The translations under genes were made by a program, and so were the position numbers. Below are positions 53,376 through 63,687 of a stretch of 64,000 nt of DNA, piece by piece (position 1 is the stretch's first letter; every line of letters begins with the position of its first letter). Origin of the DNA: Candidatus Micrarchaeota archaeon (GTDB lineage: Archaea; Micrarchaeota; Micrarchaeia; Micrarchaeales; Micrarchaeaceae); the NCBI GenBank assembly GCA_027345565.1, contig DAHWIF010000011.1:51295-115294 (forward strand), read 5' to 3'. The notes below the pieces were generated by a model. That model made no database searches. It was not told the DNA's origin and saw only the letters and a list, made by a program, of their open reading frames with translations.

Positions 53376-54440
53376 TCAATCCGCTCTGCTAATTCGACGT
53401 TTTCCCCTCCTTTTCCTCATTCCAACAACCGAAACCGTCCAGTACCTGAGCGTGTAGAACAGGAAAGCGCTGCCCATGACTACGCCGAACCACAGCTCCG
53501 CGAGCCTTGCAAGTATCGTCGCAGCTGTGCTGGTGGTGACGCTCAGGCTGAATACGCTGCTTAGCAAGGCTGCGAGAGAGGCGTCCGTCACGCCGAGGTT
53601 GCCAGGCGCGCCTGAGATCATGCCGAACATAAGCGAGGATGTTTGGACGAAGACCGCACCGGAGAATGAGGGTACCACGCCTATGGCCATCAGCGTGAAG
53701 AACAAGGCCATGGCGTTAAGTATCGCTGCAGGCACTGTCACCGCGACAGATAGCAAGTAGACCTTTGGCGAATTCAGCCTGCTTTGGGACCTGAAGTACT
53801 CCTCTCCGTACAGCGTGAAGTTCTTTATGAAGCTGTTTCTCCTGAACAGCCTCTTGAGCAGGTTGTAGAGCCACCTGTTCAGTATGAAGGCAAAGGGCAG
53901 CAGCAGCACTACGTCTATCAGCGCGATGTATGCCACGAACCTGTGGAAGTAGAGCGCGGCGAACAGGGCCACAAGCGCAACTCCAAGGAAGTCTGTGAAT
54001 ATGTCAACCGTGACTATCGGGACTATGCTAGCCAGCCTTATCTTGGTTATCCTGCTCAGCGTATACGCGGCAACTACCCTTCCTATCTTGCCGGGCGTTA
54101 TATTCATTGCGTAGAGCGAAAGGTATACGGAGAAGCTCTTCCTTAGCCCTACCTTGAGGCCGAGCACGCGCAGGAAGTACTCCCACTTGACGAACCTTAT
54201 GCAGTATCCTGAGAACACAGCAACAAACGCAAGCGCGTATATATACGGGCGGGCGCCGAGTATCACATTGACTACCATCCCTATGCCGCCAACCAGGGCG
54301 AGCGCCAGGAATATCGCAATGCTCGCCGCAAGGCCTCCCACTACGAAAATCTCCACCCTCCTGACAAGCTTGATGTAGCCCTCCCTGTCGAGGTGGCTCT
54401 GATGGGTTATGCTGTACCACAGCGATCTCTTCCTTGCCAT
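53376..54440 (-). CDS. Lysylphosphatidylglycerol-synthase TM (UPF0104) flippase-like protein
   Basis: RFVKWEYFL, NITPGKIG and PGNLGV; multi-TM. Confidence 0.82.
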   Translation of the reverse strand: MARKRSLWYSITHQSHLDREGYIKLVRRVEIFVVGGLAASIAIFLALALVGGIGMVVNVILGARPYIYALAFVAVFSGYCIRFVKWEYFLRVLGLKVGLRKSFSVYLSLYAMNITPGKIGRVVAAYTLSRITKIRLASIVPIVTVDIFTDFLGVALVALFAALYFHRFVAYIALIDVVLLLPFAFILNRWLYNLLKRLFRRNSFIKNFTLYGEEYFRSQSRLNSPKVYLLSVAVTVPAAILNAMALFFTLMAIGVVPSFSGAVFVQTSSLMFGMISGAPGNLGVTDASLAALLSSVFSLSVTTSTAATILARLAELWFGVVMGSAFLFYTLRYWTVSVVGMRKRRGKRRISRAD

Positions 54441-54444
54441 TCCA

Positions 54445-55611
54445 TCAATTCCTTAGCACCGCCTCAAACCTGTGCTCGTATTCCTTGGATATCGTGTCCC
54501 AGTCGTGCTCCCTTACCATGAGTTTTCTACCATCGTTCGCGAGCCTCGCTGCCCTTTTCTGATTGCTCAGGACGCGTTCGATGCCCTTACTTATCCCGGA
54601 GACGCTCCTTGGCCTCACGTAGGTGCCGCAGCCGCCCATCATCTCAGGCACACCTCCCACTTTCGTAGCCACAACCGGCACCTCGCTCGCAAGCGCTTCC
54701 ATCACAGCCAGCGATGCCGGCTCGTAGAGCGATGCAGATACGAACACGTTGGCGGTGTTATAATAGTATGGCATCTCCTTTTCCGGTATGCCGCTCATGA
54801 TGCTGACCCTCTCAGATATGCCGAGGTCCCCAGCCATGTAGGTCATCGTGTCCTTCAGGTAGCCCCTGCCTATTATCACAAGGTTGAGGTCGAGGTCTTT
54901 GTGCCTCCTTACGAGATCGGCTACCGCCCTGAGCAGGTACACCTGGCCCTTCTGCGCTATCAGCCTGCCGTTGTTCATTATATTTATTGTATCTGCGTTT
55001 ATGCCGAGCGCCTTCCTAGCCCTCTCCACGCCGCGGTCGCCCTTCCTCCTTTTCCTGTACGCTTTCGTATCGACCCCGTTGTATATCACGTACGCGCGCT
55101 CCCTGTATTCCCTAGGCACAGTGCTGAGCAGCGTGTCTTTCGACACAGCCGTTATCACATCGGCGTAGTGCATTAGCCTCCTGCCCCACACCACGTCGTA
55201 CAGGTAGCCGCCACGGTCGGTTATTGCGTCTATGTTCCTAGGCATTGCATCGTGGAGGGTCAGCGCCAGGGCCTTGTTCGCCTTCTTTATCGCGCTTATC
55301 GTGTTGTAGAAGTACAGGTACCTGTTGTTGATATGGTATATGTCGGCGCACGCTTTCTGCACCGCCTCTGGCAGCCCCTGCATTATAGGAATCGGCATCG
55401 GCAGCGCCGGAATGTTGAGATGCACAGTCCTAAGCCTTATCACCCTGATGCCATCTACCTCCTCTATCGACTCCCTGCTCTTGTTGCCCAGCGCCCCCGA
55501 TATCACCGTAACGTTGTGCCTCCTAGAAAGCCTCCTGTAGACCTCATACAGCACGCGCTCGGTGCCGCCGGCATATGGGTAAAAAAAAGGGTTGAGCACG
55601 CATATCTCCAT
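54445..55611 (-). CDS. Glycosyltransferase family 4
   Basis: GGTER, IYNGVD, GRLIAQKG, YEPASLAVMEALAS and TKVGGVPE. Confidence 0.92.
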   Translation of the reverse strand: MEICVLNPFFYPYAGGTERVLYEVYRRLSRRHNVTVISGALGNKSRESIEEVDGIRVIRLRTVHLNIPALPMPIPIMQGLPEAVQKACADIYHINNRYLYFYNTISAIKKANKALALTLHDAMPRNIDAITDRGGYLYDVVWGRRLMHYADVITAVSKDTLLSTVPREYRERAYVIYNGVDTKAYRKRRKGDRGVERARKALGINADTINIMNNGRLIAQKGQVYLLRAVADLVRRHKDLDLNLVIIGRGYLKDTMTYMAGDLGISERVSIMSGIPEKEMPYYYNTANVFVSASLYEPASLAVMEALASEVPVVATKVGGVPEMMGGCGTYVRPRSVSGISKGIERVLSNQKRAARLANDGRKLMVREHDWDTISKEYEHRFEAVLRN

Positions 55612-55705
55612 GATAATACCAAAACATAAGAGCATTAATAAATACCCTTTTTGTGTAATGATTTTAAAGACCACCAGTAGTATGCTATTGGCACCAGATG
55701 GGACG

Positions 55706-57112
55706 ATGCAGAAGAATATCATACTGCTCATGCTCGACACGGCAAGAGCCAGCGACGTATATGGCAACGCGAGCCTGAGGAACATAGGCAGGCTGGCGAG
55801 AAGCGGCACCGCTTATATGAATACGGTGGCGCCCGGCACATGGACCGCGCCTACGCACGCCGCGCTCTTCACTGATTCAATGGTGTCGGAAATAAGGCAG
55901 GTATCCAGGGATTTCTTCATTGACGGCTCTAGGAAGATAGATCCATGGATGGTCAGGACCAAGTTCCTGGACGGCTCTGCGAACACCGTTGCGGCGAAGC
56001 TCGCCAGGTATGGGTACTACTCTGTCCTGTTCTCGAACAACCCCTTCCTCACAAGCTATACGAACCTAGCAACAGGCTTCGACAAGATATACGACATATG
56101 GAAGCACTCCAACACGAAGTACAACAAGAAGGCCACTGACAGGCTTTCCTTCATATTTGAGGGCGGCGCGAAGACCAGGCAGAGGCTCTACAAGACAAGC
56201 TATGCCATATCCAGGGTCATACCCAGCCGGCTGCTCGACAGCGTATACACGCAGCTCAGGCTTAGGCTAGACCGTGGGGTAGCGGAGGCGGACGGCACCC
56301 ACAGGCTAGACCGTGGGGCGCAGGACACGAACGCGGCGCTGTCGAGATACCTGAAGTACAACTACAACTATGCCCCGCAGTTCATATTCATAAACTACAT
56401 AGAGGCGCACGAGAACTACCCCGTGAGGGAGAGCATGGTGCAGGACAAGTGGCTGTACCTGAGCGGCATAGAGGAGATGACAGAGGACAATGCAAAGGAG
56501 CTGCACAAGGCCTACAGGAGAAGGCTGGAGTATCTCGACAAGAGCATAGGCAGGACGCTGTCGACGTTGAAAGGCGCAGGCATGCTGGACAATGCGACCG
56601 TCATCGTGACATCTGATCACGGCCAGTTCTTCGGCGAGCACGGGCTGCTCTATCACGCAATGCCCCCGTATGAGGAGGTGGCGAAGGTCCCTCTCATAGC
56701 GGCGAACTTCGAGAACGGCAGCATAGTAGTTGAGAAGGATGTTGTTGGCTCTCCTGTGAGCCTTACAGCGCTGCACAATTCGATACTGGATCTTGCAGCA
56801 GGCAGGCAGGAGCATCTGAACGGGAACCTCAGGAGGGGAAGGAAGGTATTCTGCGAGCATACTGGGATAATAGAGGGCTGGGACGAGCAGCTGCTGGCAA
56901 TGCTGAAGGCGAGGTCGTCCGTCGCTGCGAGCATATACAGGGCAAAGAAGAGGTACAACAACAAGGCGACCGCGGTGTACTCCGGTAGGTTCAAGCTGAT
57001 CCACCACTACGGAAGGAAGAAGGACGAGCTCTATGACATAGAGGCTGACAGGACTGAGACGGGCAACATCATCGATTCGAAGAGGGAGGTCGCCCACAGG
57101 CTGCTCAGCTAG
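55706..57112 (+). CDS. Sulfatase-like hydrolase/transferase (alkaline phosphatase superfamily)
   Basis: LDTAR, WTAPTHAALFT, EAHENY, TSDHG..FGEHG and ELYD. Confidence 0.88.
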   Translation: MQKNIILLMLDTARASDVYGNASLRNIGRLARSGTAYMNTVAPGTWTAPTHAALFTDSMVSEIRQVSRDFFIDGSRKIDPWMVRTKFLDGSANTVAAKLARYGYYSVLFSNNPFLTSYTNLATGFDKIYDIWKHSNTKYNKKATDRLSFIFEGGAKTRQRLYKTSYAISRVIPSRLLDSVYTQLRLRLDRGVAEADGTHRLDRGAQDTNAALSRYLKYNYNYAPQFIFINYIEAHENYPVRESMVQDKWLYLSGIEEMTEDNAKELHKAYRRRLEYLDKSIGRTLSTLKGAGMLDNATVIVTSDHGQFFGEHGLLYHAMPPYEEVAKVPLIAANFENGSIVVEKDVVGSPVSLTALHNSILDLAAGRQEHLNGNLRRGRKVFCEHTGIIEGWDEQLLAMLKARSSVAASIYRAKKRYNNKATAVYSGRFKLIHHYGRKKDELYDIEADRTETGNIIDSKREVAHRLLS

Positions 57113-57986
57113 CGAGTATCTTCTTTATGTACGGCTGGTCGCACACAGATGAAGGGGTGTAATTGTCGATCCTGCATATCTGTGCGGTGAAGACGTCTGC
57201 CTCGCCTACCAGTGCCTGCGCCTGAAGCGTGCCTGGGCTGCTCAGGTTCGCTATTATGCCCTGCCAGTTGTTCTGGTATATCACGCTTGGCGATACCGGC
57301 GCCGCGCCCTGGATCGTCACGTTGCCGAAGTCTATGAACGGTATCCCTCCTTTGAGGTCGCTTGCCAGGTTTGGATTGTTTATGTCAGCTTCCTGGTATA
57401 TGTTGTTCTCGAATGCAGTTACGCTCTGGAGAGGTCCATGGTCATGGTTATACTCCTCGACTCCGACGAATGCTATCGTGCCGCTTTGATAGCTGGAGTT
57501 GTAGAATGTGAATGTCGGGGATCCGGGATACGGCTCAGATGCGCTGGTGTTCGATGTCATGTAGTGCAGGGAGGAGAAGCTGCCGAACCTCATCAAAGCC
57601 ATGATAAGCCCCCACCTCGTCACAGCGCAGAATGGGCAGTAATCCGCGCCAAGGTAAAGGATGCCTGGCTTCCCGTTGTAGGTTAGCGGCGTGAGGTTGC
57701 CTGCGCCTGCAGGTACTGGCAGGTTGCTTACTATTCCTGCACCAACCATGTTTGCTAGTGTCGTGTTTGCCGCTATGGCGCTTAGCTGTGAAAGCACGCT
57801 GGAGTTGACAGATACGTTGTCAAGCGCAGTCAGGCTGCTTCCGTGCGCCGATACGCTGAGCACAGCCACGACCGCTATTACGATTATGATTACGACTGCA
57901 CCAGCAGTGTAAAGCCTTTTTCTTTTGTTGCCATGCGGCGCGGGTTTTGCAGCTGCGACCGTACCCTGGCCCAAATGATCATCCAT
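57105..57986 (-). CDS. DUF929 family membrane-anchored thioredoxin-like protein
   Basis: N-terminal TM, GADYCPFCAVTRW..ALMRFGSF and GIPFIDFG. Confidence 0.82.
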   Translation of the reverse strand: MDDHLGQGTVAAAKPAPHGNKRKRLYTAGAVVIIIVIAVVAVLSVSAHGSSLTALDNVSVNSSVLSQLSAIAANTTLANMVGAGIVSNLPVPAGAGNLTPLTYNGKPGILYLGADYCPFCAVTRWGLIMALMRFGSFSSLHYMTSNTSASEPYPGSPTFTFYNSSYQSGTIAFVGVEEYNHDHGPLQSVTAFENNIYQEADINNPNLASDLKGGIPFIDFGNVTIQGAAPVSPSVIYQNNWQGIIANLSSPGTLQAQALVGEADVFTAQICRIDNYTPSSVCDQPYIKKILAS

Positions 57987-58028
57987 AATTCTCCCATCAG
58001 CAGCAACAGCATTCTTTCGCAAACAAAT

Positions 58029-58541
58029 TTATGTCTTGCTAAGCTTTCTGCAGTAGTATAGGATTCCCACGACCGCACAAGGGTCGTCTATTATGTTGTC
58101 ATCTATCATCTCCAGGACTTTCTGCATTGTCAGGGGCACAAGCTTGATGGTCTCGGTCGGGTCCATCCTTTGCCTGCCGCGCACCAGTCCGTGCGCCACG
58201 TAGTAGCGCCTTACTGCCGATGTGAGGTCGGGAAGCTCATATGTCTTGAACAGGAATTTCATCTCATGGGCGCTGTAGCCTGTCTCCTCCTTGAGCTCCC
58301 TTGCCGCAGCAGCGACCGCAGACTCCCCTTTTTCTATGTGGCCGGCCGGCAGTTCGTACACCCACCTGCCTATCGCATGCCTGTACTGCCTTTCAAACAC
58401 TATGCGGCCGTCGTCAAGGAACGGTAGGATCACCGACGAATCCCTTTCGACAATCCGCACAAACCTGTGGTGTTTCCCCCGCACACTCACGTCTCTCTCC
58501 ACGACGCTGAATTCAGGCCCGCGGAAAAGCACCCTATGCAT
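58029..58541 (-). CDS. NUDIX hydrolase (ADP-ribose pyrophosphatase-like)
   Basis: RQYR..ELPAGHIEKGE...AAARELKEETG. Confidence 0.92.
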   Translation of the reverse strand: MHRVLFRGPEFSVVERDVSVRGKHHRFVRIVERDSSVILPFLDDGRIVFERQYRHAIGRWVYELPAGHIEKGESAVAAAARELKEETGYSAHEMKFLFKTYELPDLTSAVRRYYVAHGLVRGRQRMDPTETIKLVPLTMQKVLEMIDDNIIDDPCAVVGILYYCRKLSKT

Positions 58542-58592
58542 GATGCAATTACGCAACAAGCATTTATATCTTGGTTTCCCATTCAAGCACGA

Positions 58593-58732
58593 GGGGCTGT
58601 AGCGTAACTTGGCAGCGCGGCTGGCTCCAGATATTTATGCCGGATGAGCGGGCAACCGCAATGATGATAATCTGGAATGCAAATCAGATATGAAGAAACC
58701 AGCAAATCCGGGTTCAAATCCCGGCGGCCCCA
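58593..58732 (+). tRNA. tRNA-Trp(CCA) with 67-nt intron (58631-58697)
   Basis: GGGGCTG/CGGCCCC acceptor, GCTGG-CTCCAG|intron|A-CCAGC, CCGGG-TTCAAAT-CCCGG. Confidence 0.92.
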
Positions 58733-58857
58733 AACTGGAAAAGGCTCTGATAACATCAGCTATCTTCCGCTCGGTTTTATTATCATATACGGGATAATCA
58801 TTATCCGAAACGCAGATAACTCTACACTCTTTAATATTATTCGACTCTTTGCCGCAA

Positions 58858-60033
58858 TTAGCCATTTCGCTGCACCATGCGCACCCCGTCATTTTGCATC
58901 GATACGTTAAGAAGTTCAAGTTTATCATTCTGCGACCAAAATCTTCTAAGGTGCGCAGCAGATTTGTCATCCAGCGAGATAGCCACAATAGAGTCCTTGC
59001 CCCCGGCTCCCGGCAACCTAGCCACCAATGCACCGTTCTTCTTGCTCTCTTCTATCAGCGTTGTTGCGTCTTCTGGTTCTATCTCCGCCCCGCTCAGCTC
59101 CCCCAGTCTCTTTGTCGTCATGCGGCTATTTTCAAAACCCTCTGCAAACGCATTGATGTCTGCAACGTCATCCGGACTGCGTACTCTTAACAAAGAGGCA
59201 GCAGCTTTTTCAGCGGATTCATCTATCTTCCTGATGATTTCATTGTAGGAATCCGGGGCTTTCTTTTTGAATTCATTTATCTTTCCTACTAAAGATGTAG
59301 TTATTGCAGCGTCGTTAACAAAATTTGCCATAGATGTTTTAAAAAAACCCGGCAATTCTACCTTCTTTATGCTATAATCCCACGTATCCTTTACTATACT
59401 CGCGACGTCTGCAGGTGTAAAATCCTGCGTAAATCCGGATATCACAGATGGAGAGTATCTTGAATATATTATGCTGCCGTAAGTTGCAGCCGCAACATCA
59501 AACCCACTCCCAATCTTGCCTGCAGCCAAGCTATGGCTTAGTTGTGCAAGTTTATGCAATGCATCGTCCTCCCAGAGATCTAAACTATACGAAGCTAATA
59601 TCGCAGAGGTAAGCGATACGACAGCCGCAGAGCTGCTTCCCATCCCGCTTTTTGAAATCACGTTGCCGTTGGCATTTCCTATTCTATATTTAAGTGCATC
59701 ATCGTTTCTAGTCTCTATCCGCAGCCCCTCAACCCGCAGCCCCTTTGAGGCAACATATGCAAGGGCTACTTCTGTAGATGTCATAAGAAGATTCAGCGCC
59801 TTCGGCCGCTCTGCAGCCAATTTGCCAGTTTCCTTGTCCAAAGCACCGTGTACTTCCATACCAAAATCCGGCACCCTTATTTGCACGGCATCGCTGCCTT
59901 TTATAAGCTCCACATTCGCATGCACATACGCGTCTATCGCGGTTACGTAGCCTATATTAGGTCTTTCTAGTACGGAATATCCGCCCAGCCAGAGGATCTT
60001 TCCAGGAGCCTTCGTCTCTATCATTTCTATCAT
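58858..60033 (-). CDS. Phosphomevalonate kinase, ERG8-like
   Basis: APGKILWLGGYSVL, KSGMGSSSA, GKIGSGFDVAAATYGS and PGAGGKD. Confidence 0.85.
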   Translation of the reverse strand: MIEMIETKAPGKILWLGGYSVLERPNIGYVTAIDAYVHANVELIKGSDAVQIRVPDFGMEVHGALDKETGKLAAERPKALNLLMTSTEVALAYVASKGLRVEGLRIETRNDDALKYRIGNANGNVISKSGMGSSSAAVVSLTSAILASYSLDLWEDDALHKLAQLSHSLAAGKIGSGFDVAAATYGSIIYSRYSPSVISGFTQDFTPADVASIVKDTWDYSIKKVELPGFFKTSMANFVNDAAITTSLVGKINEFKKKAPDSYNEIIRKIDESAEKAAASLLRVRSPDDVADINAFAEGFENSRMTTKRLGELSGAEIEPEDATTLIEESKKNGALVARLPGAGGKDSIVAISLDDKSAAHLRRFWSQNDKLELLNVSMQNDGVRMVQRNG

Positions 60034-61091
60034 CAAGACTTTACCCCGATGGTTGATGGATCTATCAATGAGTCCTCTTCACCTAAAATCCTCGGACCGT
60101 TGCCAGCCTTAGCAATGCTGATGCTTTCTATTCCTTCAATCCCAGAAAGCGCCTCTTCTACCTTGCGTCTATGCCTTTCCAGGGTAAAAATGTTTGCATT
60201 CGGCCCGGCATCAAACGTGTAAGATGCTATGATTCTATCTTCGGATTCATTCAAGCCGCTTATTGCAGATATAATCTCCCTCGATGCATCATTTAGGTAC
60301 AGTATTGGTGGATAGGTATCGAGCATTACCGCATGCATGTTATTGCTGTCCCTCATCATGAGCATGCCAAGCCTTTCAAAGTCCATTTTCAGTATCGCCT
60401 CCTCCGTCTCCACGCAGGCGCGTTCTGCGTATTCAAGTCTTGCTTTGTAGAGGATGCTGTTAGCCACGGTCTGCTTCATGCCCGCTCTTGAGGATATCTT
60501 CTTTTTGGACTTTGATACTATGGCTACAATATCAATTATCTCCGGCCAGTGGCCAGGTCCTGCAATCTGCCTTATGCAGGAGTCGCTGCCGTCTTCCTTG
60601 GACCCCCTCTCCCACTTCACAAATCCGCCAGCCAGGCTCCTGCAGGAGCTGCCGCTTCCCTGCCTAGCTATCATGGACAGCTCCCTAGTGCCAAGGCCGA
60701 GACCCAGTGCAGAGTTGGCCGCAAAAACCATTGCGGCAATGCCGCTTGCGCTTGATGCCATGCCAGATGCTGTAGGAAATGAGTTTTCTGATACAACCAC
60801 GGCCCTTGCATTTGTCCCTTTCATGCGCCGCATCATATCTATTATTGCGAACCTCTCCATGGTGTCCTTGTCGGATAGGTCCTGCCTGACGCCATTTATA
60901 TAGAAAGCATCCTCGTTCGCCCTCTCCGTGAATATGACGCTAGTCTTTGTTCTGAAGGTTTCGTCAAAGGTCATGCTTATGGAGCTGTTCGTGGGCAGTA
61001 TCAGCCTCTCCTCCCTTTTCCCCCAGTATTTTATAAGTGCTATGTTTGGTGTTGCCACCGCACTCACAACATCTTCATCCATTTTATCCAT
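60033..61091 (-). CDS. mvaD: Diphosphomevalonate decarboxylase
   Basis: NIALIKYWGK, GMASSASG, ARQGSGSSCRS, DSNNMHA and YTFDAGPN. Confidence 0.92.
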   Translation of the reverse strand: MDKMDEDVVSAVATPNIALIKYWGKREERLILPTNSSISMTFDETFRTKTSVIFTERANEDAFYINGVRQDLSDKDTMERFAIIDMMRRMKGTNARAVVVSENSFPTASGMASSASGIAAMVFAANSALGLGLGTRELSMIARQGSGSSCRSLAGGFVKWERGSKEDGSDSCIRQIAGPGHWPEIIDIVAIVSKSKKKISSRAGMKQTVANSILYKARLEYAERACVETEEAILKMDFERLGMLMMRDSNNMHAVMLDTYPPILYLNDASREIISAISGLNESEDRIIASYTFDAGPNANIFTLERHRRKVEEALSGIEGIESISIAKAGNGPRILGEEDSLIDPSTIGVKS

Positions 61092-61198
61092 TTTCTTAAT
61101 CCCGTCCAGATATAAAGCCTTTACTAAATACTCATTCAAACTCTTATTCCTCTGCTTGCACACACCATTATCCAGCGTATGAAGCAGGAAAAGACAAA

Positions 61199-62074
61199 TC
61201 AGCTTACAACCGCTATGCCGAGGTGCGCGTATACGATGTAAAGTATCCCGCTCGCAAGCGCTATCACCCCGAGCGCGCCAATCAGGTATATTATCTTCTT
61301 CTTGCTTGCTACTTTTATAAGGAAGTCTATCAGCAGCAGGCTGATTATTGTGGCTGTGACTATGGCTATCCCCAGACCTATGTAGCCTATACTGGAAAGT
61401 GCAGCAGCGACATTGGTATGGCTCGCTAAATATGTCAGGCCGAACGCCCCTAGCGATGCGAATATCCCTATCACGAACGAGAGCCTGAAAACTTCATCAG
61501 GCTCTATGTTCATTAGGAACATAACGCTTGTCGTCACCCCGGACCTGCTCACCCCAGGCAATGCCGCGATGCCCTGCACCAGCCCTATGATTATGTAGTC
61601 CTTGAAGCTAAGGCTCTCGAACTTCCTGGTATTGGCAGCATGGCCGCTTTGCCTCTTCTTTCTGGAATACCAGATGAAGAACGCATCGCCGAGGAGCACG
61701 AGCCCTATGATAATCATCGGTATGCCAAGCGATATCCCTGTTATCGAGTCTGCGACCAGGTAAAGCGGCGCGCCTACCAGCCCGGTCATTATGGTTGCGG
61801 TGAGCACGTAGTAGAAGAGCCTCTTCTCAACAGTTGTGCCGCGCATGGCTATGACCCTTACTAGTGAGTATATGTCCCTCCTGAAGTAGATCACAGCCGC
61901 GAGTATCGTGCCCACTTCCATGAAGAGGCCGAAGGTGTATGCCTGCTGGAAGTTCAGGTGGAGCAGGCTTTGCGAGACCAGGAGCACCTGCGTCTTGCTG
62001 CTTATCGGAAGCCATTCCGATACGCCCTGGACTATGCCTATTATGATGGAATACAATGTGTGTATGAAGTTCAC
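61199..62074 (-). CDS. uppP: Undecaprenyl-diphosphate phosphatase (BacA/UppP)
   Basis: GIVQGVSEWLPISS and ALPGVSRSG. Confidence 0.9.
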   Translation of the reverse strand: MNFIHTLYSIIIGIVQGVSEWLPISSKTQVLLVSQSLLHLNFQQAYTFGLFMEVGTILAAVIYFRRDIYSLVRVIAMRGTTVEKRLFYYVLTATIMTGLVGAPLYLVADSITGISLGIPMIIIGLVLLGDAFFIWYSRKKRQSGHAANTRKFESLSFKDYIIIGLVQGIAALPGVSRSGVTTSVMFLMNIEPDEVFRLSFVIGIFASLGAFGLTYLASHTNVAAALSSIGYIGLGIAIVTATIISLLLIDFLIKVASKKKIIYLIGALGVIALASGILYIVYAHLGIAVVS

Positions 62075-62112
62075 AAAAGTGTTTTATCCGCAACGATTAA
62101 TAAAGAATACAT

Positions 62113-62955
62113 TCAGCCGCCAAGCAGTGACCTCGCCACGAGCTTCAGATTCCCGAGCTCCCTGAGCCTCCTATACGAATACGCCACCCACTCCTTGCCA
62201 TATGGCACGTATATTGAGACCTTTTCTCCATCGCCGGCAAGCTTTTTTGCATAGTCCATGCGTATGCCCTCTAGCATCGCGTACGTAACATCACGCCTGT
62301 AGCGGGTGTTCAGCCTCCTTGCGGTCTCTACTATCCTAGAATCGTGGCTAGCGATTGTGAATCTATCGCTTCTTTCGAACAGGGTGCGCATTAGCCTCGT
62401 GTAATTCCTGTCTGTGTCTGCTCTGCTGTAGAACTCCCTGCCTCTGGGACTGTAGGCGCCTTTTACAAGCCTAACTATGGCTTTATGCTTTAGCAGTCCA
62501 ATCAAATCTTTACTGCTTCTTTCCAGGTATGCCTGTATGCATATCCCGACATTGCGCTTCTTTACAGAAAGCATGTACGCGCGTATTGTGCTGTCCACAA
62601 ATTCGCTCTCCTCCATGTCGAGCCATACAAAGATTTTGTGTTTCAGTGCGAGGCCGACTATCCTTGTGTAGTTCTTCACGAACTCCTCCTCGTCAATCGC
62701 CAGCCCTATCTCCGTAGGCTTCAGCGCAATGTCCGCCTTGACAGCGTTGCTTTTTATGCTTGATATAAGCCTCGAGTATTCTTTCACAGTGAGCCGCACC
62801 TTTTTCTCGTCAGTGTGCCGCTCACCAAGGTAGTTTATTATTGCAGTGATTCTGTAGTTGTTGAGCCGCTTCGCAACGCGTATCGCATCGCCGACCCTCT
62901 CCCCTGCAATCCACCTGCCTGCAAGCAGCCGTTCCGCTTCGCCACTCAGCCCCAT
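62113..62955 (-). CDS. Proline dehydrogenase (monofunctional)
   Basis: WIAGE, LDMEE, QAYL, RLVKGAY, ASHD, YVPYG and YRRLRE. Confidence 0.92.
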   Translation of the reverse strand: MGLSGEAERLLAGRWIAGERVGDAIRVAKRLNNYRITAIINYLGERHTDEKKVRLTVKEYSRLISSIKSNAVKADIALKPTEIGLAIDEEEFVKNYTRIVGLALKHKIFVWLDMEESEFVDSTIRAYMLSVKKRNVGICIQAYLERSSKDLIGLLKHKAIVRLVKGAYSPRGREFYSRADTDRNYTRLMRTLFERSDRFTIASHDSRIVETARRLNTRYRRDVTYAMLEGIRMDYAKKLAGDGEKVSIYVPYGKEWVAYSYRRLRELGNLKLVARSLLGG

Positions 62956-62956
62956 C

Positions 62957-63565
62957 TCAATACCCAATTCCAAGCTTTTCCAGGTCGCTGACAAGCTTGT
63001 GGTAACCGGTAAAGGTTATCCCCCTTATCCCTACTCTTTCGGCTCCAATGACGTTCTCATGTTGGTTGTCTATGAATACAGTTTCATTTGGTTCGGCGTC
63101 GAGCTCCTTTATCGCAAGTCTGTATATCCGCGCATCGGGTTTCCTCATGCCAACCAAGCATGATGCCACTACCTTTTTCACCGCCCCTGACCCGACGAGC
63201 GAATCTATTGCGAGTTTCCCAAACTCCGTGTATCGCGCATGGCTTATGTTCGATATTATACCGAGATTGTATCGGCTGCCTAGCCTTCTCATAAACCTGA
63301 CTACATTCCTATTAACCTTGGCGAGCTTCCTGACAGCCTCGACAAAATAGAGCCTAGACTCCGGTACCATAATGCCTTTTGAGAACTCTTTCTCTGCAAC
63401 ACGAAGCGTCATCCGTCCGTACTCCATTTCGACCACCAGGGGCAGCACGATGGCGGAGAGGTAGCGGCTGCTTAGTCCAAGCTTTTTCGAGAGGTACGAT
63501 ATGTACATCCCTTCCGAGAAGTCGATTATCACGCCGCCTATGTCAAAGATTATGGTCTTATACAC
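62957..63565 (-). CDS. HAD-superfamily phosphatase
   Basis: FDIGGV, ISN, RKPD and FIDN. Confidence 0.9.
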   Translation of the reverse strand: MYKTIIFDIGGVIIDFSEGMYISYLSKKLGLSSRYLSAIVLPLVVEMEYGRMTLRVAEKEFSKGIMVPESRLYFVEAVRKLAKVNRNVVRFMRRLGSRYNLGIISNISHARYTEFGKLAIDSLVGSGAVKKVVASCLVGMRKPDARIYRLAIKELDAEPNETVFIDNQHENVIGAERVGIRGITFTGYHKLVSDLEKLGIGY

Positions 63566-63687
63566 AGAAGGTTATTTCAGGCAAGGTATTTATTTGTAAG
63601 AGCTATCCAATGCAGCGTCCTATGCCATAGTACTTAACTAGTGTTATGTTGGATGTTCTTATCGGTTGCGATTCTATCTGCATAGAA

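Noticed and set aside
58635-58865. Short minus-strand ORF starting at the PMK stop and running antisense through tRNA-Trp
   Set aside because: It overlaps a tRNA gene and has no recognisable motif; at most a remnant, and not supportable
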